Assembly: GCF_016127575.1 (NCBI RefSeq)
Contig: NZ_CP066018.1
Location: 780,001-812,000 of the forward strand
Direction of reading: 5' to 3'
Length of the DNA stretch: 32,000 nt
DNA from: Cupriavidus necator
GTDB lineage: Bacteria; Pseudomonadota; Gammaproteobacteria; Burkholderiales; Burkholderiaceae
Shown here one piece after another: positions 1-9,113 of this stretch. How positions within the stretch are numbered: position 1 is the first letter of the stretch; every line of letters starts with the position of its first letter. A model generated the notes under the pieces. The model ran no database searches and was not told the origin of the DNA. It saw only the letters and a program-made list of their open reading frames with translations. Both the position numbers and the translations under genes were made by a program.

Positions 1-511
1 GGGCACGGCCTTCATCCAGGCCGTTCTGGCCGGCATCGGCCTGTGGATCGCGGGCGTGCCGGGCGCTGCCATCCTTGGCTTCGTGACCTTCTTCCTGTCG
101 GTGATCCCGGTCGGCCCGCCGCTGGTGTGGCTGCCGGCCGCGCTGTGGCTGTACCACACCGGCGCCACCGGCTGGGCCATCTTCCTGGTGGTATGGGGCG
201 TGGGCGTGGTCAGCATGGCTGACAACATCGTCAAGCCGCTGCTGATCAGCAAGGGCACCGGCATGCCTCTGATCTGGATCATGCTGGGCGTGCTCGGCGG
301 CGCGCTGGCGTTCGGCTTCCTGGGCGTGTTCATCGGCCCGACGCTGCTGGCAGTGGCCTATGCGCTGCTGCGCGACTGGACCATCGGCTCGCAGGCAGAG
401 GTAAAGCAAGACCTGAAGCAGAGCGAGGCACTGGCGGCCGCGCCGCCGGCGCCGGCCGTGGTCGACAACCCCGACGTCCCGCCGGCCACGACCGGCAAGC
501 ACCCCGGCTGA
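1..511 (+). CDS. AI-2E family transporter (PerM/YdiK-like permease), C-terminal part; 5' end outside window
   Basis: The frame of ORF 56..511 stays open back to base 2 (GTAFIQAVLAGIGLWIAG then VPGAAILGFVTFFLSVIPVGPPLVW...). It has several hydrophobic TM segments and an ADNIVKPLLIS motif typical of AI-2E permeases. Its stop TGA 509-511 overlaps the next ATG. Confidence 0.75.
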   Translation, partial: GTAFIQAVLAGIGLWIAGVPGAAILGFVTFFLSVIPVGPPLVWLPAALWLYHTGATGWAIFLVVWGVGVVSMADNIVKPLLISKGTGMPLIWIMLGVLGGALAFGFLGVFIGPTLLAVAYALLRDWTIGSQAEVKQDLKQSEALAAAPPAPAVVDNPDVPPATTGKHPG

Positions 512-1200
512 TGGCAGGACACGACGCGCCCGGCGCGCCCGCCACCCCGGACCTCTCGCCGGCCATGCTGCACCGGCTGGTGGCATGCGAATACTGTGAC
601 GCGGTCTACGAACGCACGCCGATCTCGCCCGGCGAGCGCGCGCTGTGCCTGCGCTGCGGCGGCCAGCTCTACCGCGAAAGCCGCCGCCAGTATCAACGGC
701 TGCTGCCGCTGGTGATCACCGCGCTGATCCTGTTCCTGGTCTCAAACGCCTACCCGATCGTCGAGATGGACCTGCAGGGGGTCCGCACCCAGACCACGCT
801 GCTGGGCGCCGTGCAGGCCCTGTACACCGACAAGATGGGGCTGGTGGCGGCACTGGTGTTCGCCACCACCATCCTTTTTCCTCTGTCCGAAATGCTGATG
901 ATGGCCTATCTGCTGGTGCCGATGGCGCAGCATCGCATGCCCGCCGGTTTCGACCGCATCGTGCGCGGCATCCGCCAGACCCGGCCCTGGGGCATGATCG
1001 AAGTCTTCATGATCGGCGTGCTGGTCACGCTGGTGAAGCTGTCCAGCATGGCGCGCGTGCTGCCCGGCATCGCGCTGTGGTCGTTCGCGGCGCTGGTGAT
1101 CGTGCTGGCGGCGATGTTGTCGTTCGATCCGCGCGACCTGTGGCGCCATCTGGAAACACCCGATGACAACGCCGCGGCCGCGGGCGAGGAAGGCCGATGA
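511..1200 (+). CDS. pqiA: PqiA-family (paraquat-inducible protein A-like) inner-membrane protein, first of two
   Basis: N-terminal zinc-ribbon-like CxxC...CxxC (CEYCDAVY...CLRCGG) followed by TM helices. It is translationally coupled (ATGA) to the next pqiA-like ORF and sits in a pqiA-pqiA-pqiB-pqiC gene order. Confidence 0.8.
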   Translation: MAGHDAPGAPATPDLSPAMLHRLVACEYCDAVYERTPISPGERALCLRCGGQLYRESRRQYQRLLPLVITALILFLVSNAYPIVEMDLQGVRTQTTLLGAVQALYTDKMGLVAALVFATTILFPLSEMLMMAYLLVPMAQHRMPAGFDRIVRGIRQTRPWGMIEVFMIGVLVTLVKLSSMARVLPGIALWSFAALVIVLAAMLSFDPRDLWRHLETPDDNAAAAGEEGR

Positions 1201-1949
1201 CGGAACAGCCGCAACCGCCGACGCAGCGTCCCCGCCAGCCAGGCGGCCGCCTGGCCCGCCCGCGCCAGCTGGCGCGCGAGGTGGTGGCCGAACTCACCGA
1301 CGACGACGAGCGCAGCCCGCTGCCGCAGGTCCCGACCGCCAGCCGGCTGGGCCTGCTGTCGTGCCACGCCTGCGACCTGGTCAGCCCGCGCACACTGGAG
1401 GGCGAGCCCTGCCCGCGCTGCGGCGCCACCCTGCACCATCGCAAGCCCGACAGCCTGGCGCGCACCTGGGCTTTCCTGCTGGCCGCCTTTATCCTCTATA
1501 TTCCCGCCAACGTGCTGCCGGTAATGGTGACCCAGTCCATCCTCGGCACGCAGCAGGACACCATCCTGTCCGGCGTGATCTACCTGTGGCTGTCCGGCTC
1601 GCACATGCTGGCCGGGCTGGTGCTGATCGCCAGCATCATCGTGCCGCTGCTGAAGATGGTGATCCTCACCTTCCTGCTGCTGTCCGTGCATTTCCGCTCG
1701 ACCTGGCGGATCCGGCAGCAGACCCGGCTGTACGGGCTGGTGGAGGTGATCGGCCGCTGGTCGATGCTCGATATTTTCGTGGTGGCGCTGCTGGCCTCGC
1801 TGGTGCGGGCCGGGGCGCTGGCCACCATCATCCCAGGCGGCGGCGCCATGGCCTTCGGCGCGGTCGTGGTCATGACCATGCTGGCCTCGCTCAGCTTCGA
1901 TCCGCGCCTGCTGTGGGATTCGCTGGAAGACAACAATGCCCGACACTGA
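1197..1949 (+). CDS. pqiA: PqiA-family inner-membrane protein, second copy
   Basis: CHACDLV...CPRCGA zinc-ribbon-like motif plus TM helices (FLLAAFILYIPANVLPVM...). It overlaps both neighbouring genes. Confidence 0.8.
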   Translation: MTEQPQPPTQRPRQPGGRLARPRQLAREVVAELTDDDERSPLPQVPTASRLGLLSCHACDLVSPRTLEGEPCPRCGATLHHRKPDSLARTWAFLLAAFILYIPANVLPVMVTQSILGTQQDTILSGVIYLWLSGSHMLAGLVLIASIIVPLLKMVILTFLLLSVHFRSTWRIRQQTRLYGLVEVIGRWSMLDIFVVALLASLVRAGALATIIPGGGAMAFGAVVVMTMLASLSFDPRLLWDSLEDNNARH

Positions 1950-3591
1950 CAACCAAGCCTCCACACCCTCGGGTTCGCCCCCGCCGGCACCACCGGGCCT
2001 GCCGCGGCCAGAACGCCGGCGCCGCGCGCGCTGGCTGCCCTCGCTGGTCTGGCTGATCCCGATCGTCGCCGCGGTGGTCGGCATCTCGCTGCTGGTGCAT
2101 ACGCTGACCTCGCGCGGGCCGGAGATCACGGTCACCTTCCGCACCGCCGAGGGCCTGACGCCCGGCAAGACGGCGGTGCGCTACAAGGACGTCGACATCG
2201 GGCTGGTCAAGTCGGTGCGGCTGGCACGCGACCGCTCGCACGTGGTGGCGTCGATCGACCTGACCAAGGACGCCGAGAACTTCGCCGTGGCCGACACCCG
2301 CTTCTGGGTGGTGCGCCCGCGCTTTGCGGCCAGCGGCGTGTCCGGGCTGGAGACGCTGCTGTCGGGCGCCTATATCGGCGTGGACGCGGGCAAGTCGAAT
2401 GAATCCGCGCGCGACTTCAAGGGGCTGGAAGTGCCGCCGGTGGTGACCACCGATGCCTCCGGCAAGCAGTTCGTGCTGCGCGCCTCCGAGCTGGGCTCGC
2501 TCGATATCGGCTCGCCGGTCTACTACCGGCGCGTGCTGGTGGGCCAGGTGGTGGCCTACCAGCTCGACCCCAATGGACGCGACCTCACGCTGCGCGTGTT
2601 CGTCAACAAACCCTATGACAAGCTGGTTACCGCCGACACACGCTTCTGGCATGCCAGCGGCGTGGACCTGAAGCTCGATGCGGGCGGGCTCAAGCTGTCG
2701 ACCCAGTCACTGGTGACGGTGCTGCTGGGCGGCGTCGCCTTCCAGGCGCCGGACCACACCACCGCCACCGACGCCGCAGCCGAGAACACGCAGTTCCTGC
2801 TGGCCAACGACCAGGCCGAGGCGATGAAGGAGCCGGAAGAACTGGCGCCCACGCTGGCGGTGCTCAATTTCGACCAGTCCGTGCGCGGGCTGTCGCCGGG
2901 TGCACCGGTGGATTTCCGCGGTGTAATCGTGGGCCAGGTGCGTTCGATCGGCATCGAGTACCAGCGCGACAAGAAAGCGTTCCGCATGCCCGTGGTGGTG
3001 GAGCTGTACCCGTCGCGCATGGGCTTCCGCGAACGCGATGTCGAAGACCGCGAGCGCGCGCGCAAGATCATCCAGGGGCTGCTGCAGCGTGGCATGCGCG
3101 CGCAGCTGCGCACCGGCAACCTGCTCACCGGCCAGCTCTACGTGGCGCTCGACTTCTTCCCGAAGGCGCCGCCGGCCAAGGTCGACCTGGACGCGCCGAT
3201 CCCGGAATTCGCCACCACGCCTGGCACCTTCGACCAGCTGCAGGCGCAGGTGGGCGATATCGTCAACCGCATCGACAAGGTGCCGTTCGACCAGATCGGC
3301 CAGGACCTGCGAACCACGGTGGCCAGCCTGAACAGGACACTGGCAACCGCCGACAAGCTGGTGCAGCAGCTCAACGGCGACGTTGCGCCGCAGGTGCTGG
3401 CCGCGCTGCAGGATGCGCGCAAGACGCTGACCGCGGCCAACGGCACGCTGGCCTCGGACGCGCCGCTGCAGCAGGACACGCGCCGCATGCTGCAGGAGAT
3501 GACGCGCACCGCCACGTCGCTGCGCACGCTGACCGATTACCTCGAACGCCACCCTGAAGCGCTGCTGCGCGGCAAGCCGGAGCAAGAATGA
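1936..3591 (+). CDS. pqiB: PqiB-like MCE/MlaD-domain intermembrane transport protein
   Basis: N-terminal TM (WLPSLVWLIPIVAAVVGISLLV), then three MCE-type repeats (GLTPGKTAVRYKDVDIGLVKSV; LDIGSPVYYRRVLVGQVVAY; GLSPGAPVDFRGVIVGQVRSI) and a helical C-terminal tail. Confidence 0.85.
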   Translation: MPDTDNQASTPSGSPPPAPPGLPRPERRRRARWLPSLVWLIPIVAAVVGISLLVHTLTSRGPEITVTFRTAEGLTPGKTAVRYKDVDIGLVKSVRLARDRSHVVASIDLTKDAENFAVADTRFWVVRPRFAASGVSGLETLLSGAYIGVDAGKSNESARDFKGLEVPPVVTTDASGKQFVLRASELGSLDIGSPVYYRRVLVGQVVAYQLDPNGRDLTLRVFVNKPYDKLVTADTRFWHASGVDLKLDAGGLKLSTQSLVTVLLGGVAFQAPDHTTATDAAAENTQFLLANDQAEAMKEPEELAPTLAVLNFDQSVRGLSPGAPVDFRGVIVGQVRSIGIEYQRDKKAFRMPVVVELYPSRMGFRERDVEDRERARKIIQGLLQRGMRAQLRTGNLLTGQLYVALDFFPKAPPAKVDLDAPIPEFATTPGTFDQLQAQVGDIVNRIDKVPFDQIGQDLRTTVASLNRTLATADKLVQQLNGDVAPQVLAALQDARKTLTAANGTLASDAPLQQDTRRMLQEMTRTATSLRTLTDYLERHPEALLRGKPEQE

Positions 3592-4193
3592 TGAAGCGCC
3601 TTCCTATCACCAGCCTCCTCGCCGGCGCGCTGGCCGCGGCCGTGCTGGCCGGGTGCGCCTCGCCCGAGCCGCGCTACTACACGCTGGCGCAGGGCGCGGT
3701 CGCGCCGCTGCCGGCCACGACGACGCCGGCATCGACCAACACGCTATGGCTGGAAGTCGCGCCAGTGCGCGTGCCGGAGCGGCTCAACCGCCCGCAACTG
3801 GTGGTGCGCGATGGCGGCGACGCCGGCCTGCGCCTGCTGGACCTGGCGCGCTGGTCCGCGCCGCTGCCCGACGAGCTGCGCGACGCGCTGTCGCAGCGCC
3901 TGCAGGCCACGCTGGGCGCGGTCGACACCTACCAGCAGGGGATGTCCGACGTGCAGCCGCTGTACCGGATCACCACGGAAGTGCTGCGCCTGGATGCCGA
4001 CGTGGGCCAGCGTGCCGGCGCCACCATCAACTGGACCGTGCGGCGGCTGCCTGACGGCAAGGTGGTCAGCGGCCGCACCCAGGCAGAGCTGCCGGCGCCC
4101 GGCGCAGTCGATGGCGTCGTGGCGGCGTACCGCGAGATCGTCGCCACCACGGCGGCCGATATCGCGGCCGGGGTGCTGTCGCTGCAGCGCTAG
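3588..4193 (+). CDS. pqiC: PqiC/YmbA-like ABC-transport auxiliary lipoprotein
   Basis: Signal peptide with lipobox LAGC (AAVLAGCASP). Size (~200 aa) and position directly after pqiB fit the family, and its start overlaps the pqiB stop (ATGATGA). Confidence 0.7.
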   Translation: MMKRLPITSLLAGALAAAVLAGCASPEPRYYTLAQGAVAPLPATTTPASTNTLWLEVAPVRVPERLNRPQLVVRDGGDAGLRLLDLARWSAPLPDELRDALSQRLQATLGAVDTYQQGMSDVQPLYRITTEVLRLDADVGQRAGATINWTVRRLPDGKVVSGRTQAELPAPGAVDGVVAAYREIVATTAADIAAGVLSLQR

Positions 4194-4750
4194 TCGTCGC
4201 CCCACGCGGCCGCGTCGCGCTCGCGGCGCGCGGCCGCTTCAGCCGCCCGCCGGTGAATCGCCTCGGCCATCGCCGCCAGGCACTCGGCCGCCCCACCCTG
4301 CACCAGCTTCGCCGCACACGCCAGCATCAGGTTCTTGCCCAGCCCGAAATCCTCCACCACGAAGCCGCGCGCATCCAGCGGCGCACCATCCTCGTCGGTG
4401 GCCACGGTGACGCGCTCGCGCAGCGTGCCCGCATCCGCGCTGTAGGCCCAGACCGGCTTCTGCAGCGCCACCGCAAAGCCCACCTCGAACGCGGTGCCGG
4501 AATCCGGCTCGCCCGGTCCGCGGAAATCGTCGAGGTTGGCCATCACCATGTCGGCGCGCCGCAGCAGCGCAAGATTGGCGTCATAGATCCAGCGCGCGGT
4601 GTCGGCGCCCGACAGGCCATCGGGCGCGGATTTGTCGAGCGGATACAGGCCGCTGAAGCCGTGCGCCGCGCACAGCGACTTGAGGTGCTCGCCCCAGGCG
4701 CGCGCATCCTTGCGAAAGACGTCGAAGCCAGCCAGGTAGATGGTTTTCAT
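4190..4750 (-). CDS. nucleoside 2-deoxyribosyltransferase family protein
   Basis: Start chosen at the internal ATG (MKTIYLAGFDVF..., cat at 4748-4750). YLAGFDVF...DSGTAFEVGFA is the typical Rossmann-like N-deoxyribosyltransferase pattern. The 42 upstream codons of the 228-aa ORF look non-coding. Confidence 0.65.
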   Translation of the reverse strand: MKTIYLAGFDVFRKDARAWGEHLKSLCAAHGFSGLYPLDKSAPDGLSGADTARWIYDANLALLRRADMVMANLDDFRGPGEPDSGTAFEVGFAVALQKPVWAYSADAGTLRERVTVATDEDGAPLDARGFVVEDFGLGKNLMLACAAKLVQGGAAECLAAMAEAIHRRAAEAAARRERDAAAWGDD

Positions 4751-4928
4751 GGCACGTGAAGTGGGGCAACAGGGATCAGGATCGCAGCATAACCCGCCGC
4801 CCGCGGGCGCGATACCACCGGCCTGCATGAACATCGCGCAACTTGCGCGCGCACGCTTTGCCAGCTCCCTGCGCATGAGGGGCCCCTTGCGCTACCATTG
4901 CCCGTCCCCTCCTTGCATCCCGCATCCC

Positions 4929-5870
4929 ATGCCTGCTCCCCAGATCCTCCAGGTCGGCCCGCTCGCGCCGCGGACCAATGCCACCCTGCAGCAACACTAC
5001 GGCGCCGCCGCGCTGTGGCAGCAGGCCGATCCGATCGCGTGGGCGCGCAGCGAGGGCCAGCAGGTGCGCGTGGTGGTGACCTCGGCGCGCCACGGCTGCA
5101 GCGCGGCGCTGATCGATGCGCTGCCGCGCCTGGAAGCCATCGTCAGCTTCGGCGTGGGCTATGACGCGATCGCGCTGGATGCGGCCCGCGCGCGCGGCAT
5201 CCAGGTCAGCAACACACCCGACGTGCTCAACGACTGCGTTGCCGACCTGGCCTTCGGGCTGCTGCTGGACGCGGCGCGCGGCATCGCCCATGGCGACCGC
5301 TTCGTGCGCGCCGGGCGCTGGCCGCAGGGCAGCTTCCCGCTGACCACGCGCGTGTCGGGCAAGAAGCTCGGCATCCTCGGGCTGGGCCGCATCGGCGAGA
5401 TCGTGGCGCGCCGCGCGCAGGGCTTCGACATGGAGATCGCCTACAACAACCGCCGCCCGCGCGAGGGCGCGCCGTGGCGCTTCGAGCCGGACCTGAAGGC
5501 GCTGGCGACATGGGCCGACTTCCTCGTGGTGGCCACCGTCGGCGGGCCGTCGACGGCCGGGCTGGTATCGCGCGAGGTCATCGACGCCCTCGGGCCCAGG
5601 GGCATCCTGGTCAATGTGTCGCGCGGCAGCGTGATCGACGAGGCGGCAATGGTCGAGGCTCTGGTTGACGGGCGCCTGGGCGGCGCCGGCCTGGATGTGT
5701 TCCAGGACGAGCCCAACGTGCCGCCCGCACTGATGGCACTGGACAATGTCGTGCTGGCGCCGCACATGGCCAGCGGCACGCATGAAACGCGCGCCGCCAT
5801 GACCGCGCTGACGCTGCAGAACCTGGATGCATTCCTGGCTGACGGCAGAGTGCTGACGCCAGTGCTGTAG
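4929..5870 (+). CDS. D-isomer-specific 2-hydroxyacid dehydrogenase (glyoxylate/hydroxypyruvate reductase-like)
   Basis: Start at ATG 4929 (MPAPQILQVGPL). NAD-binding GILGLGRIGEIVARRA, VNVSRGSVIDE and APHMASGT catalytic-region motifs are present. Confidence 0.85.
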   Translation: MPAPQILQVGPLAPRTNATLQQHYGAAALWQQADPIAWARSEGQQVRVVVTSARHGCSAALIDALPRLEAIVSFGVGYDAIALDAARARGIQVSNTPDVLNDCVADLAFGLLLDAARGIAHGDRFVRAGRWPQGSFPLTTRVSGKKLGILGLGRIGEIVARRAQGFDMEIAYNNRRPREGAPWRFEPDLKALATWADFLVVATVGGPSTAGLVSREVIDALGPRGILVNVSRGSVIDEAAMVEALVDGRLGGAGLDVFQDEPNVPPALMALDNVVLAPHMASGTHETRAAMTALTLQNLDAFLADGRVLTPVL

Positions 5871-5941
5871 ACGGCTACCGCCGTGCCTATACTGGATGCA
5901 CCGGCTCCAGCCCACTCTGCGGGCCGGCGTCAGGAGGCATC

Positions 5942-6136
5942 ATGGCACGCAAGTTTATCGATTGCCGCGAGTTCCCGAGCGACACCCACTGCACGGTGGC
6001 AATGAGCGCCGACAGCGAAGACGAACTGCTCGAAGCCGCGGTCCAGCACGCGGTAGCGGTGCACCAGCATCAGGACACCCCTGAGTTGCGCACCCAGTTG
6101 AAGTCATTGTTCAAGGATGGCATGCCGCCGGCGTGA
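5942..6136 (+). CDS. DUF1059-like small protein
   Basis: 64 aa (MARKFIDCREFPSDTHCTVAMSADSEDELLEAAVQHAVAVHQH...) with AGGAGG 6 nt upstream of the ATG. The family name is recalled from similar small proteins. Confidence 0.6.
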   Translation: MARKFIDCREFPSDTHCTVAMSADSEDELLEAAVQHAVAVHQHQDTPELRTQLKSLFKDGMPPA

Positions 6137-6251
6137 AACCGGCACGGCTGGCGCCCGGGGGCGCCGGCTCCCACCACTGGGGCTCATTCGCAGTCCCTGA
6201 TACAGCACTTAAGCCACGTCGAATACCCATGACGGCCGTCATGGCGCATCA

Positions 6252-6284
6252 TTGACGTAGCGCTATATACAGACGTATATTGCG
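6252..6284 (+). promoter_or_regulatory. modA promoter overlapped by a ModE operator
   Basis: TTGACG (6252-6257), an 18-nt spacer, then TATATT (6276-6281). The inverted repeat CGCTATATA-cagacg-TATATTGCG (6261-6284) matches the E. coli ModE motif TATAT-N7-TAYAT (TATAT 6264-6268, N7, TATAT 6276-6280). It lies ~65 nt upstream of the modA ATG. Confidence 0.7.
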
Positions 6285-6347
6285 CGTGACAGTCCACCCG
6301 CACAGGCCTTGCCACACGTGCCGGCTGGCCGATTCCCGAGGATTCCG

Positions 6348-7121
6348 ATGTCTGCCCTCCGTTCCTGCCGCCGCGGGTTCCTGCTGGCCGCTTGCGTCGC
6401 CACGCTGGCGCTGGCCGCGCCGCCTGCCTTTGCCGCCGACCTGGTGGTGTCCGCGGCATCCAGCCTGACCAATGCCTTCAAGTCGCTGGCCGAGTCGTTC
6501 GAGCGCGCCCATCCCGGCACGCACGTGGTGCTGAACTTCGGCGCGTCCGACGTGCTGATGCAGCAGATCATCAAGGGCGCGCCGGCCGACGTGTTTGCCT
6601 CGGCCGACCAGGAGGCAATGAACAAGGCCGAGGCCGAGAAGGTGATCGCGCCGGCCTCGCGCCGCAACTTCGCCGCCAACCAGGTGGTGCTGATCGTGCC
6701 CGCGGACAGCAAGCTGGCCATCGCCTCGCTGCAGGACCTGACCCGCCCGGAAGTGAAGCGCATCGCCTACGGCAACCCGGCCTCGGTGCCGGTGGGCCGC
6801 TACACCCGCGGCGCGCTGGAAGCGGCCGGGCTGTGGGACGCCGTGGCCGCCAAGGGCGTGCCGGCGCAGAACGTGCGCCAGAGCCTGGACTACGTCGCGC
6901 GCGGCGAAGTCCAGGCCGGCTTCGTCTTTGCCACCGACGCCGCGGTGATGCCGGACAAGGTCAAGGTGGCCGTGCGCGTGCCAAGCCGCACGCCGGTGAC
7001 CTACCCCATCGCCATCACCGGCCAGACGCGCCAGCAGAAGGAAGCGGCGCAGTTCGTCGACTACGTCGCCTCGCCGGAAGGCCAGGCCATCCTGTCGCGT
7101 TTCGGCTTCCAGAAGCCCTGA
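6348..7121 (+). CDS. modA: molybdate ABC transporter substrate-binding protein
   Basis: Start at ATG 6348 with a signal peptide (MSALRSCRRGFLLAACVATLALAAPPAFA). SAASSLTNAF...FGASDVL...ADVFASAD motifs are present, followed by modB and modC. Confidence 0.9.
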   Translation: MSALRSCRRGFLLAACVATLALAAPPAFAADLVVSAASSLTNAFKSLAESFERAHPGTHVVLNFGASDVLMQQIIKGAPADVFASADQEAMNKAEAEKVIAPASRRNFAANQVVLIVPADSKLAIASLQDLTRPEVKRIAYGNPASVPVGRYTRGALEAAGLWDAVAAKGVPAQNVRQSLDYVARGEVQAGFVFATDAAVMPDKVKVAVRVPSRTPVTYPIAITGQTRQQKEAAQFVDYVASPEGQAILSRFGFQKP

Positions 7122-7139
7122 CGGAACGCTGCGCGCACC

Positions 7140-7850
7140 ATGGACGCCGTCTGGGTACCGCTGCTGCTGTCGCTGAAGGTGGCCGGCTGGGCCACCGCGC
7201 TGAATGCCGTGCTCGGCGTCGGCGCGGCCTGGGCGCTGGCGCGCTGGCGCTCGCCGCTGCGTGACGTGGTCGATGCGGTGCTGACGCTGCCGCTGGTGCT
7301 GCCGCCCACGGTGCTCGGCTATTACCTGCTGGTGCTGGTCGGGCGCCGTGGCGTCTTCGGTGAGTGGCTGGCGCGCCTGGGCATCGAACTGGTCTTCACC
7401 TGGCAGGGCGCGGTGCTGGCCTCCACCATCGTCGCCTTCCCGCTGGTGCTCAAGTCAGCGCGCGCCGCCTTTGAAGGCGTGGACCATCAGCTGGAAAACG
7501 CCGCCCGCGTGCTGGGCGTGCCCGAAGCCGGCATCTTCTTCCGCGTCACGCTGCCGCTGGCCGCGCGCGGCATCATCGCCGGCGTGCTGCTGGCCTTTGC
7601 CCGCGCGCTGGGCGAATTCGGCGCCACGCTGATGATCGCCGGCAACCTGCCCGGACGCACGCAAACGCTGTCAGTCGCCATCTATGAGGCGGTGCAGGCC
7701 GGCGACGACAACACCGCCAACCTGCTGGTGCTGGTGACCTCCGTCACCTGCGTGCTGCTGCTGGTGGTCGCCGGGCGCCTGGTGCCGGCCGCCGCGCGCA
7801 ATCCCGCTGAACTCTATGAACGCCGGCGCCTGCGCCCGCGCATCCGCTAA
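7140..7850 (+). CDS. modB: molybdate ABC transporter permease
   Basis: Multi-TM permease with an EAA-loop region (ARALGEFGATLMIAGNLPGRTQTL) in modABC context. Confidence 0.9.
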   Translation: MDAVWVPLLLSLKVAGWATALNAVLGVGAAWALARWRSPLRDVVDAVLTLPLVLPPTVLGYYLLVLVGRRGVFGEWLARLGIELVFTWQGAVLASTIVAFPLVLKSARAAFEGVDHQLENAARVLGVPEAGIFFRVTLPLAARGIIAGVLLAFARALGEFGATLMIAGNLPGRTQTLSVAIYEAVQAGDDNTANLLVLVTSVTCVLLLVVAGRLVPAAARNPAELYERRRLRPRIR

Positions 7851-7863
7851 GCCGGGACCCGCC

Positions 7864-8586
7864 ATGAGCATGCACGTCAGCATCCGCAAGCAGATGGTCT
7901 CGGCCGACCGCCACTTTGCACTGGATATCGATTTCGATTCGGCCAGCCGGCGCATTGCGCTATTCGGACCCTCGGGCGCCGGCAAGAGCCTGACGCTGCG
8001 CGCCATCGCCGGCCTGCTGGCACCGGACAGCGGCCGCATCGTGCTGAACGGCCGCACGCTGTTCGATGCCGACGCCGGCATCGACGTGCGCCCGCAAGAG
8101 CGCCGGGTGGCCTACCTGTTCCAGGAATACGCGCTGTTCCCGCACCTGACCGTGGGCCAGAACATCGCTTTCGGCCTGTCGCGCGGCTGGCGCAACCCGC
8201 GCCGCGGCGCCGTGCATCCGGAAGCGCAGCGCTGGATCGACGCCTTCGGCCTGGCCGACATCGTCGGCAACTACCCGGCGGAGATCTCCGGCGGCCAGAA
8301 GCAGCGCGTGGCACTGGCGCGCGCGCTGGTGGCGCAGCCCGACATCGTCTTGCTGGATGAACCCTTCTCCGCGCTCGACCCCGCGCTGCGCGCGCGCATG
8401 CGCGCGGAGTTGCGCACGCTGCAGGCCAGCCTGGATGTGCCGATGCTGGTGATCTCGCACGATCCCGCCGATGTCGAGGCGCTGGGCGACCACGTGCTGG
8501 AAATCCGCGAGGGCCGCATCTTCGGCAGCGGCACCAGCCGCCACCATCCGCCGGTCTACGCGCCGGTGTCGGCGCACGTGGCCTGA
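7864..8586 (+). CDS. modC: molybdate ABC transporter ATP-binding protein (short form, no C-terminal TOBE/Mop domain visible)
   Basis: Start at ATG 7864 (MSMHVSI). Walker A GPSGAGKS, signature ISGGQKQRVALARAL and Walker B IVLLDEPFSALD. Only ~240 aa. Confidence 0.85.
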   Translation: MSMHVSIRKQMVSADRHFALDIDFDSASRRIALFGPSGAGKSLTLRAIAGLLAPDSGRIVLNGRTLFDADAGIDVRPQERRVAYLFQEYALFPHLTVGQNIAFGLSRGWRNPRRGAVHPEAQRWIDAFGLADIVGNYPAEISGGQKQRVALARALVAQPDIVLLDEPFSALDPALRARMRAELRTLQASLDVPMLVISHDPADVEALGDHVLEIREGRIFGSGTSRHHPPVYAPVSAHVA

Positions 8587-9095
8587 GCCGCGCGCAGCAG
8601 GTCGACGTAAGCGCCTTCAATCAGGTTGGACGCGGGAATGCCCAGCCGCGCCAGCAATGCGTGGGCTTCGGCCACGCCGTTCTCCAGGCGCTCGTCTTCG
8701 GCCAGCACCACTTCCAATTCCAGGAAATCGCCAAGGTCCTCGACCCGGTCCAGGTGCACGCGCGTGCGGCCAGCCAGGTACAGCGTGCGCAGCTTGCGCA
8801 CCCGCCCGCCCTCGCCATGCGCCGCGGCCAGCGCCGCGCGCAGGGTATCCGGCGATCGCGTCGGCGACAGGATATAGAAGCTCTCCTTCGGCCCCGCCTC
8901 GTCGGCACGCGCATAGAAGATCAGCTCGCCGCGGTCGGGCGCAATCTCGCGCAGCTTGAGCCGGCCGTTGACACAGGGGAAGAAGGTATCGTCCTGGCGG
9001 ATGTATTCGGGACCGCTGTCGGCCAGCGCTGCCGCATGCGGCAACACGGCTTCGATACTGTCAATGCGGGCCTTGATCTCGACGTTTCCTGGCAT
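8556..9095 (-). CDS. CYTH-domain protein / class IV adenylate cyclase-like
   Basis: Start at ATG 9095 (MPGNVEIKARI...), the ExExK-type N-terminal motif of CYTH/CyaB proteins. ~180 aa. Its 3' end overlaps the convergent modC by 31 nt. Confidence 0.65.
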   Translation of the reverse strand: MPGNVEIKARIDSIEAVLPHAAALADSGPEYIRQDDTFFPCVNGRLKLREIAPDRGELIFYARADEAGPKESFYILSPTRSPDTLRAALAAAHGEGGRVRKLRTLYLAGRTRVHLDRVEDLGDFLELEVVLAEDERLENGVAEAHALLARLGIPASNLIEGAYVDLLRAAQATCADTGA

Positions 9096-9113
9096 GCGTC
9101 TGTCTCCTTGCAA

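Noticed and set aside
511-1949. pqiA being split into two ORFs, as a possible pseudogene or frameshift.
   Set aside because: Each half has its own CxxC...CxxC motif and TM set, and the two are joined by an ATGA overlap. This is consistent with two intact PqiA-type genes rather than a broken fusion.
906-2168. Long antisense or off-frame ORFs throughout the window. Examples: 906..2168 (-), 8661..9839 (+), 10827..13037 (+), 16085..17764 (-), 16524..17912 (-), 20524..21483 (+), 22870..23922 (+), 27676..28728 (+) and 29845..30849 (+).
   Set aside because: Their translations are Arg/Pro/Ala/Gly/His-rich with no motifs. Each lies opposite a gene with clear family signatures. In high-GC DNA the frames opposite a real gene are stop-poor by chance.
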